64,000 nucleotides of DNA from Auanema rhodensis. Taxonomy: Eukaryota; Animalia; Nematoda. Location: positions 9,362,001 through 9,426,000 of the forward strand of contig OZ059894.1 of assembly GCA_964057225.1 (NCBI GenBank), written 5' to 3'. This document shows, piece by piece, positions 13,931 to 29,396 of this stretch. A program made the position numbers and the translations under genes. The notes below the pieces were generated by a model. It made no database searches and was not told the origin of the DNA. It saw nothing but the letters and a program-made list of their open reading frames with translations. The first letter of the stretch is position 1; the number at the start of each line of letters is the position of its first letter.

Positions 13931-13990
13931 CAACCGCATTTCATGAGAGATTCATGCCGAATGATTCATTCACGTCAAGAGTACGTGAGT
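13931..13990 (-). promoter_or_regulatory. TCATT-N24-CGGTTG dispersed motif with upstream ACGT boxes
   Basis: CAACCG 13931-13936, AATGA 13960-13964, CACGTC/TACGTG further along. Confidence 0.6.
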
Positions 13991-16900
13991 CAGATGCATC
14001 TACTTTATATTCTAATGAGGTGGGCCACACAACGGCAACCACACCAGAACATTCACGACATGCAGTAACATAAGTAATAATCCTAGTTGTAGCATATGAA
14101 ATATGTATGGAACAATAAACAAAATTTTATATAAATCAAGATTCGATGAACGAGCTTTAAACTGTTATTCTAATGTCGGGTCGAAAAAGATTTTTAAGCA
14201 GACAGGAAGGAAAACGAAGTAGAGTGTGAGAAACATTAAGTACAAGTGAGAGAAAAGAGAAAACGAAAGGTGATTTCAAAGATTATTCACATACAATTTT
14301 GATGTAAGACCACGTCAAAAGATCAACTGACATTTTCAGAAGTGATAGTTCATGAATTTGACCGGAAAATTCGAAGAAAAAGGGAATGTTTCATTAAAGT
14401 CGGCTTAAAAAACTTAGAAAACGAGAGAATAAAGTAATGTGTCCGTTCGGATAGAGAGTCCAAAAAAATGTTTCTGTTCAAAGAGCTAATATAGAAGAGA
14501 CATAGAAAATATGTGGTGAGGGTGTTGAACAATGTTCTGAGAAATTTGCGTTGGTTGGAAGAAATGGAAGTCAATTTAGGATTTGTACCTCGAAAAGGAC
14601 GTTGGAAAAGACATAAAATAAAAATTATTATCGTTGTCAATCTTTGATCAAAGAGTTCTCGTTCATGTTGATATACATACATACATATAAGTAAGTATGT
14701 AGATACTATGCGTTAGTAAAGTGTATTTCGGCTCAATAGCATAGTAAAAGCCAAATTTTTGGGAGGTGGGTCGTTGTAGGGAGGTTGGAGCAGCAGATTG
14801 GTGGAGTGGATGAAAATGGTTGTAGCTCAGCAATTTCAGGTCAGAAAAACAATAGGAAAACAACATTATCCATGATTTTCGCATAGATAAATGAAGAAAA
14901 TATCGACATATTCTTAACGCATTTCTCAGTGAAATTGAAATAAATATGTGACCTGAGGCAAGCGGAAGCCGTTTTGCGAACCGAATGATTCGTCACTCTT
15001 CTGAACATGAATGAAAGAACTAAGGAAGCTTATTACTGATTCATGAGAGCAACGTGTCGATAGCCTGGGCAGCATGGATTGATGTAAGCCAAATATAGAT
15101 TTCAATGTTCACCACAAATTATTTGTGGCTGTCGGAATATCTAGTTACCTCTGCCTTAACACATCAGCACGAGAATAGACACATGAATATACTTGCATCT
15201 ATCAATATGGTTCATTGAAAAGTGTGAAAATACTTCATTCCGGGTATGTTTCAAGCATTGAAGCCTTTTTTCCAAATTTTCTTCCAACAAGCTCGTTAAA
15301 GAAGCTGAACACACCGGATATAGGATAACAGCTGTAATCTATATTGGTATTTCCAGCAGTTTACGAATAAAAACAGCAGAAATGAGTGGAAATTGAGCAT
15401 AAAGAGATGAGAGACAGACGGAAAGTTTTCAAAGTTTGAAGTTGTACTGAACGTTGTGTGAACTTCGTCAACAATAAAGCAGGAACAACTGAAATGGAAA
15501 AAGCAGAAGCTCGAATCCCATGAACACAAACAATTTTGAAATTGAAATGATAATGTTGAGGTCAACCAAAAACGAACTCGCTGCTCTTAAAGGGCTTTTA
15601 AGCTTTAATTTATACCAGATTCAACGCGAACAATTCAAAGCTTAAAAATCATCGAAATCGTTCATAATATAAACTGGATAACGTGAGAAAACCAGAGTAA
15701 CAAGAAAAAACATGAAAGTTCATGTTCTCATTTTTTTTATGAAAAATGTTTTCACCATTTTTCAATCGTATTTTGTTTCTTAATTTTGTTAAGAAATAGA
15801 GGGGGGAAACGAAAAAATATGCAATGTTCTCAGTAGTAGGCTGAATGAACGAATTGCTGAACCGTCGACGACACTTATTCACGAGAGATCCCAAGCATTT
15901 TATGGAAATAAGATAATCGTATGATGAAGCTTATTGAGTCTTAAGCTAATTTTACGGTCGGCTTAGCGGATATAACTGCCAGTTTTATCAAGAAAATGAC
16001 TGAAAAAAGGAAATTATAAGAAGGAACACTGAAAAAAAATAAAATTTTTAAAAAATAGCTGGGGAAAAATGAAAAACGAAATAATATTAAAGATTTTGTG
16101 GACATTATTGAATCGAAGAAGTAAAAAATGAAGACAAGGTCATTTAGGAACGAATATTAGAATTGGAGAGAGAGCTAGAATGAAAGAGAGATAGCAAGAG
16201 AGAAGAGAAAGAAACAGAACGTGAGAAGAGCCGGAGTTAAGGAGAGAGATTAAAACAACCGTTCGACACGTCAATTTCGAAGAAAATAGTTATAGTCTAA
16301 TGACGCTCGACACGTGGATGAGCTGACGTATGAGCTGACGATAGAAATATTCTAATTGTCTTGCTCCAAGCAACAACTTGGAAAAAGAAAGGAGATAACA
16401 TTGAAATTAGCATCAAAATATTTTTAAAAAGCTAAAGATGTATAAGTCAGATTGGGTTGAAGCAAATGTAATGCACTATAGGCTTCATCAGATCGACAAC
16501 TCAAAAATGTCTCAATAATATGCAAAAGATATATGAACGTATAGACACATCAATAGAATAGATACAGAGCTAATTGAAATAAAACTGATACATTACGTCA
16601 AAATAATCAGTTTGAATGAGATAGAAGAAGCAAACGACAATTTGGTTAAACCTATGAAAAGGGTTCAGATTTTGAATTAAACAAGCTATTAGTGCGTGGT
16701 GCTTCAAATAATTTGGCTCATCCTCATATACTCACAGTTCGTTCTCGTATTTCTCTCTGCCTCTCTCTATCTCTCTATAGTTGTCTCTTATTCTCTTTCT
16801 ATACATATCCTTCCTCTCAATCATTCTCTGTTTTGTGGAGTATTCTCATTACAAGCTTTCTCGGCCCTTCATAGCCAGATGATGTTCTTGTGAAGTTCCA

Positions 16901-19900
16901 ACAATTGAATAATGCGATGGCCATTTAGAGCCAATAAGAACAATCACATAGTAATGTTCCGGACTGAATATGCAGTTAGTAGACAACAATATAGTTAAGA
17001 TTATAAACAAATCATTAATTGATTATCACCATTAGATTGTTATGAAACGAAAATCAAAATAATCTGTTGAAAATAGAAGATATGATAGGGCTTTGTGATG
17101 AGAGAACGGATCACCTGGAGTGTTGGACAAGCTGAATGTTTCAGGATTGATATCTAATCCGTCCTTCCACAACTGTCACTCCAAGAAGAGAGTCACAAAG
17201 AAACGATGGATGACATGATTGTTCGTAAATAACAAAACGAGAACTTTAAAGTTTTGAACTATGAAAGAGTGACAGATGAAAAGATTGAATGAACAAGCTG
17301 ATTTGAGTTGCTTTTACAACTTGCAAATGGGAAGAGCGAGTAAGATCAGAAATGGTGATGGTACTTACTCGTATAGCTTGCACTTGACTGCAAGAAATCC
17401 AGAGGGAGCTGTTTTCTTACTGAAAAGAATTTCAATAGTTTCTGCCGGTTCTTACCCAGTTTTTCAGAAAAACCGAGTAGTTGAGTTCAAAAAAAAGGAA
17501 AATAGAGTCAGATAAGCTGAATAAATGAAAGACGACAACGAGAGCAAGGGAGCGAAAGAAGAAGTAAACGAATGAAGTAGTAGAGATACAAATCGTAACG
17601 AAACTGCCAAAAGCCTTTTTCTAGTATCTTTGCGAAAATCGACTCAGGATAATAGAACTCCAAACGGATACTACAAGGTCGTGCATGTTTTTCCGGAACC
17701 AATTTTCTGAATAAAACAAGAGGAGATGAGTGTGAAAAAGGCTTTCTTCAGTTTTACAGTTAAGTTAACATTGTTTAACTAAAGTTTTTGCTGTCAAGCT
17801 CTTTTTTCTTCTTCTTCTTCTTCTTCTCTCCTTCTTCTCAAAACAGCTAAGCTATTGGACGAAGGATATATCCGTGATGGCTGGATCAACAAACGAGTGT
17901 CAAGGAAATGATATGTAATATACTGAAATGAGCATCAATCTAATAAAAATTGAGAAAAAAATTCATCGAAGAAGTATTAATTTGATAAATCTGTATTATA
18001 GAAAAGATAATAGAATATTGAGAACTTTTATCTCAAATCCTGAGAGTAATTATGAGATAAATAGAGAAGGAGAGAAAGAGAGAGAGAAACATAGGGAGAG
18101 AGAGAGAGATGAAGAAGCATAGCTAGTTTTGCATGATTTTGTAGTTTACAGCCAAAAATCAATTACATTTTGAAAACAAGTAAGGATTTGAGGTTGACGA
18201 AGATGTAGGATGATGAGAAATAAATTATTCTATATCTTCCTCATCATATTAGATTACTAGACAATCCAAAGATAGACCATGATGACAAGGACTACGTTTC
18301 TTCATCTTCCTCATTATCAGCTATTTCTTGCTCAAGCTAGCTAAACACAACTTTGCTTCTTGAGCTCAGTCAACTGGAATAACCGAGCTGGACTTTTTCG
18401 GTAGTTCACTTTCAGCTTAAGTAGTATAGATTTGTCTTGGATCATCTGAAGCAGATTTGAATTTATTCGCAGCGTCGGACCGAATGATTGAATTCATGAC
18501 TACGAATTTCAGGCAGGAAATCATCCAGTTGATGTGTGACTGAAGTTCCAACTGAAGACAACGAGTATAGTCAAATGACTGATTTGTCTCCGCTATGGTC
18601 GAAGAACGCATCCCATTGAATTCTGGACATATAATTAGCCAGCTCAGTGTTGCCATCGACGTCGTCGTCGCCGTCGTAGATGGAAGAAGCAGAGAGATTT
18701 CTTCTTTTTGTCTTTTTATTGGAACATCTACAACACAAATAGACACACGTTTTGTGTAGTAGAGAGACTGCTCATAGAAGCATGATAACCACATGAGATG
18801 GTGATCGACTAGGATTTCAGCTTACTCCTTCCAACCCCCCCCCCTCCATCTCCTTTCCCTGTCCGCCTGCTTCTCATCTATCAACATCACAACAAGTACG
18901 GGAATATATTGCTATTTATTGTGTTTAAAAAGAGAATACGTTATTCTGAATATGTCAGAGTTAATATTCCGTAAAAACAGAACAAATTATTTGAAAATAA
19001 AAGATAAAAATAAGCTCTTCTCTCTATGTATATTGTATGAATGTATATGTAGATGTTACTCTTCCTTGACGTTCTCCTTATTAGTATTAATCATAAATAA
19101 TGAAATTTAGAAAAGTAGCAAAGAAAACCTAGAGACTATGCAAGTTCAGCTTCATGAAGCTTAGGTAACATCTTCATTTTAGTTTTTTTTTTCTTTGATT
19201 GAGAAAGTGAGTACCTCGAGAAATTCAAAATTGAGAAAACGTACGAGTTCATACTCAAACGATCATATTTTCGTTTTTTCTTAGTTTATTCATCTCGACA
19301 CTCAAAGCTCAATCAATTAGTGCTTAAGCTGATAAGGAAATTAGCATGTCAAGTCAACAACTTGAAATTTTTTGAAGAAAATTTGAGACGTTTGTGCAAG
19401 ATGGATATTCTCTAATTAAGATGAGAGATTTAAAGTTACGTATTTGAGCATAAGTTAGATGTTATGATATTTCATTTACAATTATATAAAACTTAAAAAT
19501 AGAAAAATCAATAGAAGATGCAACTAACTATATGATATAGGTTAGAGGTCTTGCTAACTGGTTATATGACAGAATTCTAACATGATCTTTAATATGGAAG
19601 ACATTGAAAGTGATTGGAAACAAGTTAGATTAGAGAGAGCATGGGGATGGGAGATGAGAAAGTAAAAGTGACTCGAAAATAGTGAGCAATGTAGATAGAC
19701 AGATAGAGAGAGAAAGAAAGAGAGAAAGATGCAGAAGGCGGGAGGAAAATAATAAGAACGGAAAATGAAGACAGGAGGAGCAGGAGGGGAGACAGGAGAG
19801 GATGTACATGTTGTAGAGCTATGAAGTATCACTGCCTAGGATACGGCAAGGGATAGAAATTTGAATGAGCTCTGAACTTCATTGACTTACTACATCTTCT

Positions 19901-21902
19901 TCAGAATGCTGTATTCGAAAAACAGATGACGTCAAACTCAATATTACTGAATAAGAAGATGACATCGAGGCATGAAGTAGATGTCGTCGAGGATGATGAA
20001 GAAGTTGATGAAGGCTCTCACTACATCCCAAGGCTCATTCTTTGTCTCATCTCTCTTCCCTTTCTCTCTCTCTCTTTTTCTGTCTCTTTTACTTACTTTT
20101 CTCATATGATAGAACGGATAAACGTTCAATTTAAGTTCAGCCATCTCAAAATTAATTTGAAGAATAGTATGATAGTTGAAGTTCCATTTCAGAAAAATGA
20201 GTACAACTTAATCATTTTGAGAAAAATTTATAAAAAGAAAAATAGAAAAATGGAAATAAGACACTTTTTCTTATTTCTTATTCTTTTCCCTTAAAGATCT
20301 ATCGCTCTATTTTCATAATTGGATGCTAAAATTGGAAAAATCCGTCGAAAGGACTGAAATATCCTGTAAACTACCGAAAGTAAAGCAATAAATTTTACCG
20401 AAATGAGTATTTTCTTTCCTAAATTAAAGAGAGAAAAAGTTGTTTTGAATGTTTAATATTAATAGAAGGCTTGTTTCGAAATTTGTTGAAAAATAGAATT
20501 AAAAGATGAGAAAACTGAGAAGCAGGTAGTTTAACTTGAGTTTCGTCTTTTTTTTTTGTCTTGTAAAGTATCTATAACACAAACTTGAGACACAACTTTC
20601 AACATACTCTGTATTTTTTGCTCAAAAAATGAAGAAAGACAGATAGAGAAAAAGAATGAGGTTTAGCAACAATAGGCTACGAATAAATTCAAAATATGAT
20701 TTCCTTTTATCAAAAAATCTTGTTTAAAGTTGTAGATAAGTTGGTGATTTGAATAGTTCTTCAGCAACATATGTAGTATGAACATGCTTTGTAGGGATAT
20801 GAATAGTGATATAGCCTATATGGATATATCCTAAGATTACATGTCAAATAAAGTAAATTTAGTATACGATGCTGAATGAGTCAAGATAAAGAAGCAGCAG
20901 AAGAAGTAGCAGAAGAAGAAGAAGAAGAAAGAGATGAAGAGGAAGGAAAAGTAAAGGAAAAGTAGATGAAAATTAGGATCATGAAAAGAAAAACAGAAGC
21001 TGCTGAAGTTCGGGGCGATAATGGCAACTATTTTGCGTGTTTCAAAGAAAATTAGTGAATTTTGGAGATAGTCAAGCGAAACTGGAAAGAAAGTAATCCC
21101 ACACATTTAGTTTTCTAATCGAAAGTCTTTGTATTAGCCATGTACATGCATGTGTGTATGTATGTGTAGGCAATGTATAGAAGCAGCTGTGCCCAAAAAA
21201 AAAGCTTCAACTGTTGTGAGAGTTGAGAGTAAAAAATGAAGAAAAAAGTTTTTTCCGACTAAGAATCAAGAAGATCCTAAAAACAGAAAGCTTTTTCTTC
21301 ACAAGCTATTCTTAGGTTAAGCAGAAAATCCTAAGGCCGGATAAAAAAAAGTTCATAGAAACCATAAGGCGCTGAATAAAGCTGCAGATGGCAAGACAGG
21401 ATCGTGGGAAACCTTCGAATCATTGACGTCGATTGTGATATGAAAATGATTCGAAAGTATGAATGAAAGCAGTGTGATTGCGAGAGTAAGAGAGAGGGAG
21501 ATAGAGAGAAACAGGGAGAAACCAGAGAGGGAGATTATTCATTCGTCGTCGGAGTTGAGAACGAACATAGTTTGAATGGGAAGAAGAAGTTTGAGGCACA
21601 TGAAAGCCATCTATAGACAACATCACTGAAATTTTGAAAAAAAACTTCTTCAAAGGCAATCTGAACTCACATTACGTTTACGTTTTTAGATTAGAGAGTT
21701 AGGAAGAGAGTAAAGAGAACTCATGATTATTGTGATATTTCGGTTGTTTTTCTGTTATTTCTCTCACTAACTGAATCAAAATTCAATCTTCAATGTTTCA
21801 TCAGAACAGTTCATGAAGAGATAATAACAACAAACGCATGAATTATACTGACGTCAAATAAATGGAGGCAGAAACGAGCAAGATTTAGATAAAGAGGGAA
21901 AT

Positions 21903-21961
<59 letters not shown>
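21903..21961. repeat. (AG)n microsatellite
   Basis: About 29 AG units, one interruption. Confidence 0.9.
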
Positions 21962-21964
<3 letters not shown>

Positions 21965-24024
21965 GTGTGAAAATGAGAGATAAAGAGTAAGTAGAAGAGA
22001 GAATATAAGCAATTGGGGTACGTTGTCAGGATTTGTACAAGGTCGTCGATGGATAAGTGGGAGTACGCCCTGAAGCAGTTCTACTAATTCCCTTCCTTAG
22101 ATGAAGGCAGACAGCTGCAATCCAAGAGTTTTATGAATACAACATCGAGATATGAGATCTATTGCTCGCAAAGTTCATGACGTTCATGTTTATATAGAAT
22201 TGTGAATTGTCACATTTTTCTACAATTAGATAAAGTTTATTAGATTAAATGAAATGAAAAAACAGAGTGAAAGGCCTATAAAACTGGCTTGAACCGTGTG
22301 AGCTCCTTGTTACCTGACTATTACTTAGTCAATGTTCTAGAAAAACTGAATGATATCGAAAGAACAAAATGTGAAGAACAGTCCTCTTCAGAGTTCAGGG
22401 ATATGCCAGCCAGAAACTGAGATGTGGTGGCCTTAAGTCGCAATTGGCACCGCCCCATCAGATGCCTGACGTTGGCTGATGATGACGATGATGATGCAGC
22501 AGGCAGCAGGAGGGTATTGGTGCTTGAAAGCCGAGAATGATTCCTCCTACATCTACAATATTCGGTCAACATACAAACAAATGTCATAATACTGATGACC
22601 ACATACTACGATTTTCGTTTCATTTTACTTTCATTTTTACATGAAAATATCAGATTAATTAGTTGTCCTGTCAGAATTATGATTTCAAACATTTCACTCT
22701 TTGGCATATAAATATTGAAAAATGAACAACAGCCAACAGGAAAAATTTATAGTTATTTCAGCCTTGTTCGAAGGGAAACCATCATAATATATGCAATATA
22801 TTCATATAACATGAAAAATAAGAGAAAAAAAAGAAATTTTTATATGCAAATGACTAATCTTTTCTTTAACTTTCATTGTATACTATCTTTTTTTTTCAAA
22901 TTTTCGGGCTATTATTGAAGTTTCGTTCGACTAAAACAGCAATATAATATGAATTTAACCTGAAATATTCATGAAAACGAGGGAGGGAGGGAGGGGACTT
23001 TCTCTTCTGTAGTTACTGTGCAGAGCAGATACTTTTCGTATATTTCCGTAAGTATCAGTTTAAGTTTTTCAATTTCAAGAATTATGTTCAAGAATTTGTG
23101 AATTGTTCAGCTTTTAAAACTTTAATTTCTTTAAACAAATAAAAGAATAAATTGAAAAATGTGTTTGATTGAGGGTGGAGGAAAAACTTTTATTAAGCAA
23201 TTGTTGGTATGAATGTATTAATAAAGGTTAGTATTAAGTTATTATTTCATAAAATTTAACAAATAAATAAATTTTAATTAAAGAACTGAAAAAAAGTAGA
23301 AAAGTGTGTCATTTAGTGAGAAGATGAGATGATGTTTGATACTGACCGCAACCTTTTTCCTTTTTCTAAATTTAAATTATAATTTAGGCGTTTCAAAGCT
23401 AACACAGATTGACACCAGAAGAAACACAAATATCTTCTTCTTCAATGCTATTTCAGCTAAATTACTTTTCATCAGATGAAAATTATTTCCAGAAAAGACA
23501 ATTTATTACTTTAGTTGAGTGAGAATCCAAAGAAGAAGATAACATATTCTCAAAATATTTGCAGAAGCAGCAGCAGCATATCCACTTCCTCCCTCGCATA
23601 GTACCTTTTTCCTTTATTTTTCAAATATTAGCTGTAAAAACCGTTTGAAAACAAAGAAACAAATTTCACGGTGAGCAGCCGTGTGCCTGTGTTTCGTGTC
23701 TACAACACAAAATACTTTTTCCTCTTCTAATTAGCTTATTTGTTACCTCAGAACTCATATAATTAGTCTCATTTGCTCTATTAACTATTTCCCAAAAACT
23801 GATTCTATATCGTTAAACTGAAATGTTGAATCGGTTCTGCTTGCGTTAAATAACATGAAAATGATACAGACAAGAATAAATAAAAAATGTTTTTGTTTAT
23901 AATACTTATGACGGTCTAAGCAGCGAGTCGGTCCAATAATGTGAGTTGATATATATTCATGTGTGTATATAGGTAGTGAGAGTGCGATTGAGTACGTGTG
24001 TGTATGTGTGACTATTCCATCACT

Positions 24025-24125
24025 TCACGTTTGAACTTACGTGAACTTACGTGAACTTCCGTGAACTTCCGTGAACAATACGTTTTCACTCATTCTAAAT
24101 GACGTGTAAGATATGACTGGTTGCA
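24025..24125 (+). repeat. Tandem 10-mer (CGTGAACTT[A/C]) x4-5 leading into TCATT-N24-GGTTG motif
   Basis: gaacttac-gtgaacttac-gtgaacttcc-gtgaacttcc-gtgaac; TCATT 24090-24094, GGTTG 24119-24123; clearly homologous to 28187-28270. Confidence 0.75.
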
Positions 24126-24949
24126 TATTTCTTTTTCTATTAAATGCTATTTATAATATTTCTTTTCAGCCTGCCGCGGTCGGCTAAAGATATATTTTAT
24201 TTTGGAGATTCCTTGATATTTAATTTCTCTGCATTATTTCAATTTCAACTTTTTTTTTTCTCATTTATATTGAGAGAAAATAAAAATCATTATAAACTAT
24301 TTAAGTTAAGTAAACTGAAAGGAACCCCTGAACGTCTTCGCTGAAATGAAATAAAAGTTTCATTTTAGATGTGTTAGATGATGTGAAAGTTTTTGAGGGA
24401 TTTGTACGCTTTAGCATCATTTAACGGAACCTTTCCTAAAGTCTTGCTGAACTATCTGCAAAAACTCGGCGAATCATGCATTATATGTGTCATATTGCAA
24501 ATTCTTGTTGTTTCTACTCTATGTTCATTAAGAATCATGTACAACGAAATTCCGAGAGTAGAGCCTGAAGCTAAAAAGGAAAAGCTTTTATTCAATTGGA
24601 ACTTCACGTCACGCGTCGCAATAGACTGGAATGAAGTTGAATAAAGATTTAGATAAAGTGAAATAGTCAAATAACAAAACAAAATATAATAATCTCTCCT
24701 AGTAACCTTGCAGCTTGAGACGCATGATCTTTAGAACGTGCTAAGAGCATCAATTTCAGTATGTCAATGGCAGAAGCTCTTTCTGTGAAAATCAGCTTTA
24801 TAAGCTGTTACTATATGACATATAGCTAACCTAATGCACATATTGAAAGAATTGAGTGAATACAAGGAGCAAGTCCAGAAAAACATTTAGAAAAAGTCGG
24901 GCAAATCAGTAAAAAGTAGCGAGGGCGAAAGAAACAACAAAGTAAAAGC

Positions 24950-26248
24950 CTAGTCTTTCATATGTATTGCTTGAGGCAAGAAAAAGGAATGTCTATAGAT
25001 AGGTGCTAATGAGGAAAAATCTGCTTTGATACATACGAAAAAGTATTTTAAAAAGTTTCTCCACGATGTAGTGTTGTAGTTCATATCCATGACGTGCCAC
25101 ATCATAATTAGCTCTTTAATCGGATTTTTTGTGTTGTGGACCTGTACCAATGATTGGCACTCTCCATGTAAGAGGTGGATAGATGAAGTATAAACTAATG
25201 GTCACAATATTGACAATCAAAGCAGCAGCATTAGCAGCCTACAATAGCTTTTAAAATAAACTTATCGTAGAAATGTTCTATAATTAATTCAGTTTAAATG
25301 AAACGAAAATATGAAAGTACACTTTTTTTTGATTGGATGACGATCTGATTTGTGACGATAAAATTGGATTTTTTTCAAAAACTTTGAAGAAAATCTCGTA
25401 AATGAAACTTACAGCAATGTACATGTTGTTGGTAATGATACCGAAGAACAGCCATTGACCAATAAGGAAGAACAATAGGAATTGGAATGTGGCAGGCAGA
25501 TATTCTGTGTGGCCCATCGAAATTGCTCTTTTCTGCAAACGTTTTCAAATAATTGGCCAGTTTTTGAGACATTAATGACAAGTATTTGTGTTGAGAGAGT
25601 GGTAAAAACCTACAATTTCATAAATTCCTCCTGCTAAACTAAGAATTTGAGATGCGGCAGCAATGGATCCCATTGCATCAGCTTGTAAGCCGTTTTCTGA
25701 AAATATGATCTTATGCAGGTAAAAGCTGACGAGAGTACCAAGGCTTCCTATATACAGATGAACAGTAGCAAATGTAGCAAATCCAACTAATAATTGAAGT
25801 AAAAGGTATTTCTACAACAATGATATTTGAAAATCTATTTAGAAATGATAACTCAACTCTCTTTGGCTGATAAAATCCAAAAGCGGAAATATAAAAAATG
25901 AAAAAGAGGATATTAACTGAGTTAATACGAATATTAGTCATATCATCAGTTAGAAATCCGTGTTTCAACCAACAACAAGTACTAAAAAAGCGGAAAAATA
26001 ATAAAAACTCCAATTTAATTAAACAAATTAAATGAAATTGGATGAAAACATACACAATTAATGGCAATACGAGGTTAATTGAAGAAAACCCATCGGCTGT
26101 ACCTCTTCTTTTCCAGTCCAGCACTAATCCACTACATGTTATATAGTATGAATATGGGGAATATAAATTGGCAAACTTACACTGGAAGAACAGTAAAAGC
26201 TATGGAAAAAAGACCTAACCATGTCGTAAATATTGTCATAGGATCCAT
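24950..26248 (-). CDS. SWEET/MtN3 sugar transporter (swt family)
   Basis: MDPMTIFTTWLGLFSIAFTVLP...DWKRRGTADGFSSINLVLP...CWLKHG...INSVN...KRAISMGHTEYLPATFQF...QWLFFG...ANAAALIVN...YPPLTWRVPIIGT. Confidence 0.9.
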
Positions 26249-28186
26249 GATAACCTAACTGAAAATTTCAAAAATTATGAAAAATTGGTACAAATAATGA
26301 AAAATTGATCAGACATGAACGATGAAAATGAAAACTTGATTATGTACAAATACCATTAGGTGTAGGTGTAGTTTAGTGAAAAACGAAAAAACGGGAATGG
26401 GAGGTAAGATAGATAAAGAGACGTGGAAATAGATTGGAGAGTAAGAACGTTCAAGTGTGGAAATACCGCGATGGAGAAAGAGAAAGAGAGAGGGAGAGAA
26501 AGAAAACAGAGAAAATACTGCGAATAAAGAAAGAGAAGTGAGTACAAACTTCAATTAAACACAGTAAATTTCAAGAAAACTCAGAATAATTTGAGAGAAA
26601 GGTGCAAGAGCCAGCCATGGAGTCAATAAATCAATAAAAACGAAAGAAAGTGATTATTTGATCTTACAAGAGCATTGAACTCTCGTATTTAAGACCCAGA
26701 TTCATATCTAATTGAGACGTAGACTAAAAACATCTGGTAGTTAAGACGATAATTTTTCTAAAAATCAGGTAATCTTGATGATAATTTGCTATGATTATAG
26801 AATTTTGACTTATATATTGAATTGATAGTGACAACAACAGAATATTATAAACTAGAAAAAGAAACGAAAAAAACTCCAAAAAAGCCAGTTTATCAGCAAA
26901 CATCATTGGTAGACATCAATTCGTATCAGCTAATTCGTATTTTTTAACATCAAGAGCACAAAAAGTTAAGTAATTCTGCATCATATAGCAAAAATTATTT
27001 CATTATCAAGCTGATAAAATCGATTTATAATCTTAAATCATAAAACTTAACAATGTGGAGAAGTATGATTTCACTTCTGTACTCTTTGAAAAAGGAAAAC
27101 GTTACAATGCTTCTAGGTACGCAACGTCATCACAACGATATTTCGAAAGGTTGATTGGAAAGATAGATCTAAGTTCCTGATTTGATTTTATTCAAATGAC
27201 AAAAATATTTCTCAATTGAAACAAAGATGTAACTTGTGTTGCTGTAATAATTCGTGACATGGATGAGATTATTGACCAAAAACACGAACGAAAAACTTGC
27301 GAACTAATAGAATTAAAAAGAACTGTAACAAACTAATTAAGGAAATAAAAAGAAAAATGTAAAGAACGTGTGGAAAGTAATTAATTTTTTACGAAAAAAT
27401 CCAAAAAATTAAAAAATAAACGGAACATTTAATGAATTTACTTCAAGATTGAGTTATAATCACGTGGCAAGTATTGGATAAAAAAGTCAGACAAACAGTG
27501 TAGGAAATAGAGAAAGAGAGGAAGCATGTGCGTAGATGCGAGTGAAGTTTGTGAACTATGAGAAAGAAGAACAAAGTAGAATGAGCGATAAATGTAAAAA
27601 TGAGCAAAGAATTCAAAGACAAATGTTGAGAGGAGACGCAAATGTTAAAGAGAATGAGAAGAACATATTGCAGAGATGGGTATTGCCAGAGGGAAATTTG
27701 AAATATATAGAAAGAGAAAGTGAGAGAAAAAAAGCAACTTTAGTTGTATTCTTGTTGGCAGAATAACAAAATCTTTATGGTTGGTGGCATAAGGCTGGTG
27801 AATACGCAGAGAAGTATGGAGTGTAATTCATTTTGATCCAATACATTATTTATTGAATATTTATATAAATATTAGAATATATTAAGATGTAAGATTAAAA
27901 AAAATTATAAATTCATAATATTTATCAAATATAATCAATAATTTCATACATATGTATTAAAATGTTAATTCATTATTTAAAATAAGATATAAATATTCTT
28001 GTTATATATGAAAAATTCTTTAATTTCTAGTTTATAGTATGAAATCGATCGTACTATACCAAATATCAAATACTACATCATGATACCAAGTGTAATAATT
28101 AGGTCACAATATTTGTTTAATTAAATAATACTTAATGAATTATTTTTTTAATAAAAGAAAGAATATTTCATAGTTTGTCATGAAAA

Positions 28187-28270
28187 TGACGTGAGAATGT
28201 CACGTAAACTTCACGTAAACGTCTACATGTCATTTCGATTAGCGTGTAAGCAAATGACCGGTTGTATTCA
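28187..28270 (+). promoter_or_regulatory. TCATT-N25-GGTTG motif copy with repeated TCACGTAAAC
   Basis: TCATT 28230-28234, CGGTTG 28259-28264; follows a very AT-rich tract (27845-28170). Confidence 0.6.
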
Positions 28271-29396
28271 TTTAAGATTTCAATTAAAAATTATTTTCCA
28301 TCCCCCTTCCCAGGTTACATCATGATGTCTGTAACATACCATCAATTACGTAATAATGCAGATTTCTATTTTCTGATCTTCAAGGATTACACATACGGTT
28401 ATACTTAATCTAAAAATAAGAAGTATCATGCGTAATAAATTCATTTTTAGAAACAAAAAATGTGTTTCTGCTTTGAAACCTTATTTACACCATCTCAAAA
28501 TCGTGAAATCGTCTTTGCGAATCAAGAGTTATCAACTGATGACGTCTGAATTAACTTCTCAGCTTCAGTAACTCTTCGTATCCGATATTATCAGTAAAGC
28601 GACAGCAAAGAACGAAAACATGACGTTTTTTTCTTCTTTCAATGATCCAAAATTTGTTAAGGTCATACAATACAGATTCCTATTCAATTTCAAATATCTG
28701 AAACAATTTCCATGACAATATCATGCTTCTTCTTTATTTGTTGACAGTTATATTACGGTATATATCAGCATAATTCAAAGAAGAATATATTATTTTCAGA
28801 GTTTCTATTTCGTTTGCAACTGTAAAAGATCTTTCATAAAGACATGTAAGACGAGAAGAACGGTAGAAAAGAGATTAATCCCTGTGGCTACGATAGTTTG
28901 GAGATTTGATCATTGTATAAAAGAAATGTTCCGATATATCATCATAAACAAAACCAAAAATTAATGTTTCCTGATGTCTTAACAAACAAAATATATTTTC
29001 TTAATCCTCACTACACCCTCAAAATCTTATAGTTGTTCAAGTTGGTAGTTTTCTCTTGAAAAACGCTGGCTGAAGATCATCTGTTCGCATGTTATGAACA
29101 TTCTTGTGTATATCTGTATATCCTAATCATTATGATTGATATAAGATTATGAACGCTTTTCGTTAAGATTGAAATCCTCCCCCACTTAATCTTCAAATCA
29201 GCCTACATCTAAACCAAGCAGTATGATCTTCTTAACTATTTGTGTTTGATACATATACATATATTTCCACCTAATACATATATATATATATATACAGTTT
29301 TCATATAGACGGTTATTCAGTGTCCCTCGTATTCTGATTGCTTAACTTCTCATTTGATTCTTGTCCACGTTGTTCGACTTCTCCTCCAGCAATAAC

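Noticed and set aside
14350-22918. Numerous 60-125 aa ORFs in the ORF track
   Set aside because: F/L/S- or E/R/K-rich products derived from microsatellite and AT-rich sequence; no splice-consistent models or motifs
24031-24076. CRISPR-like or satellite array
   Set aside because: Only 4-5 adjacent 10-mers without spacers, in a eukaryotic genome
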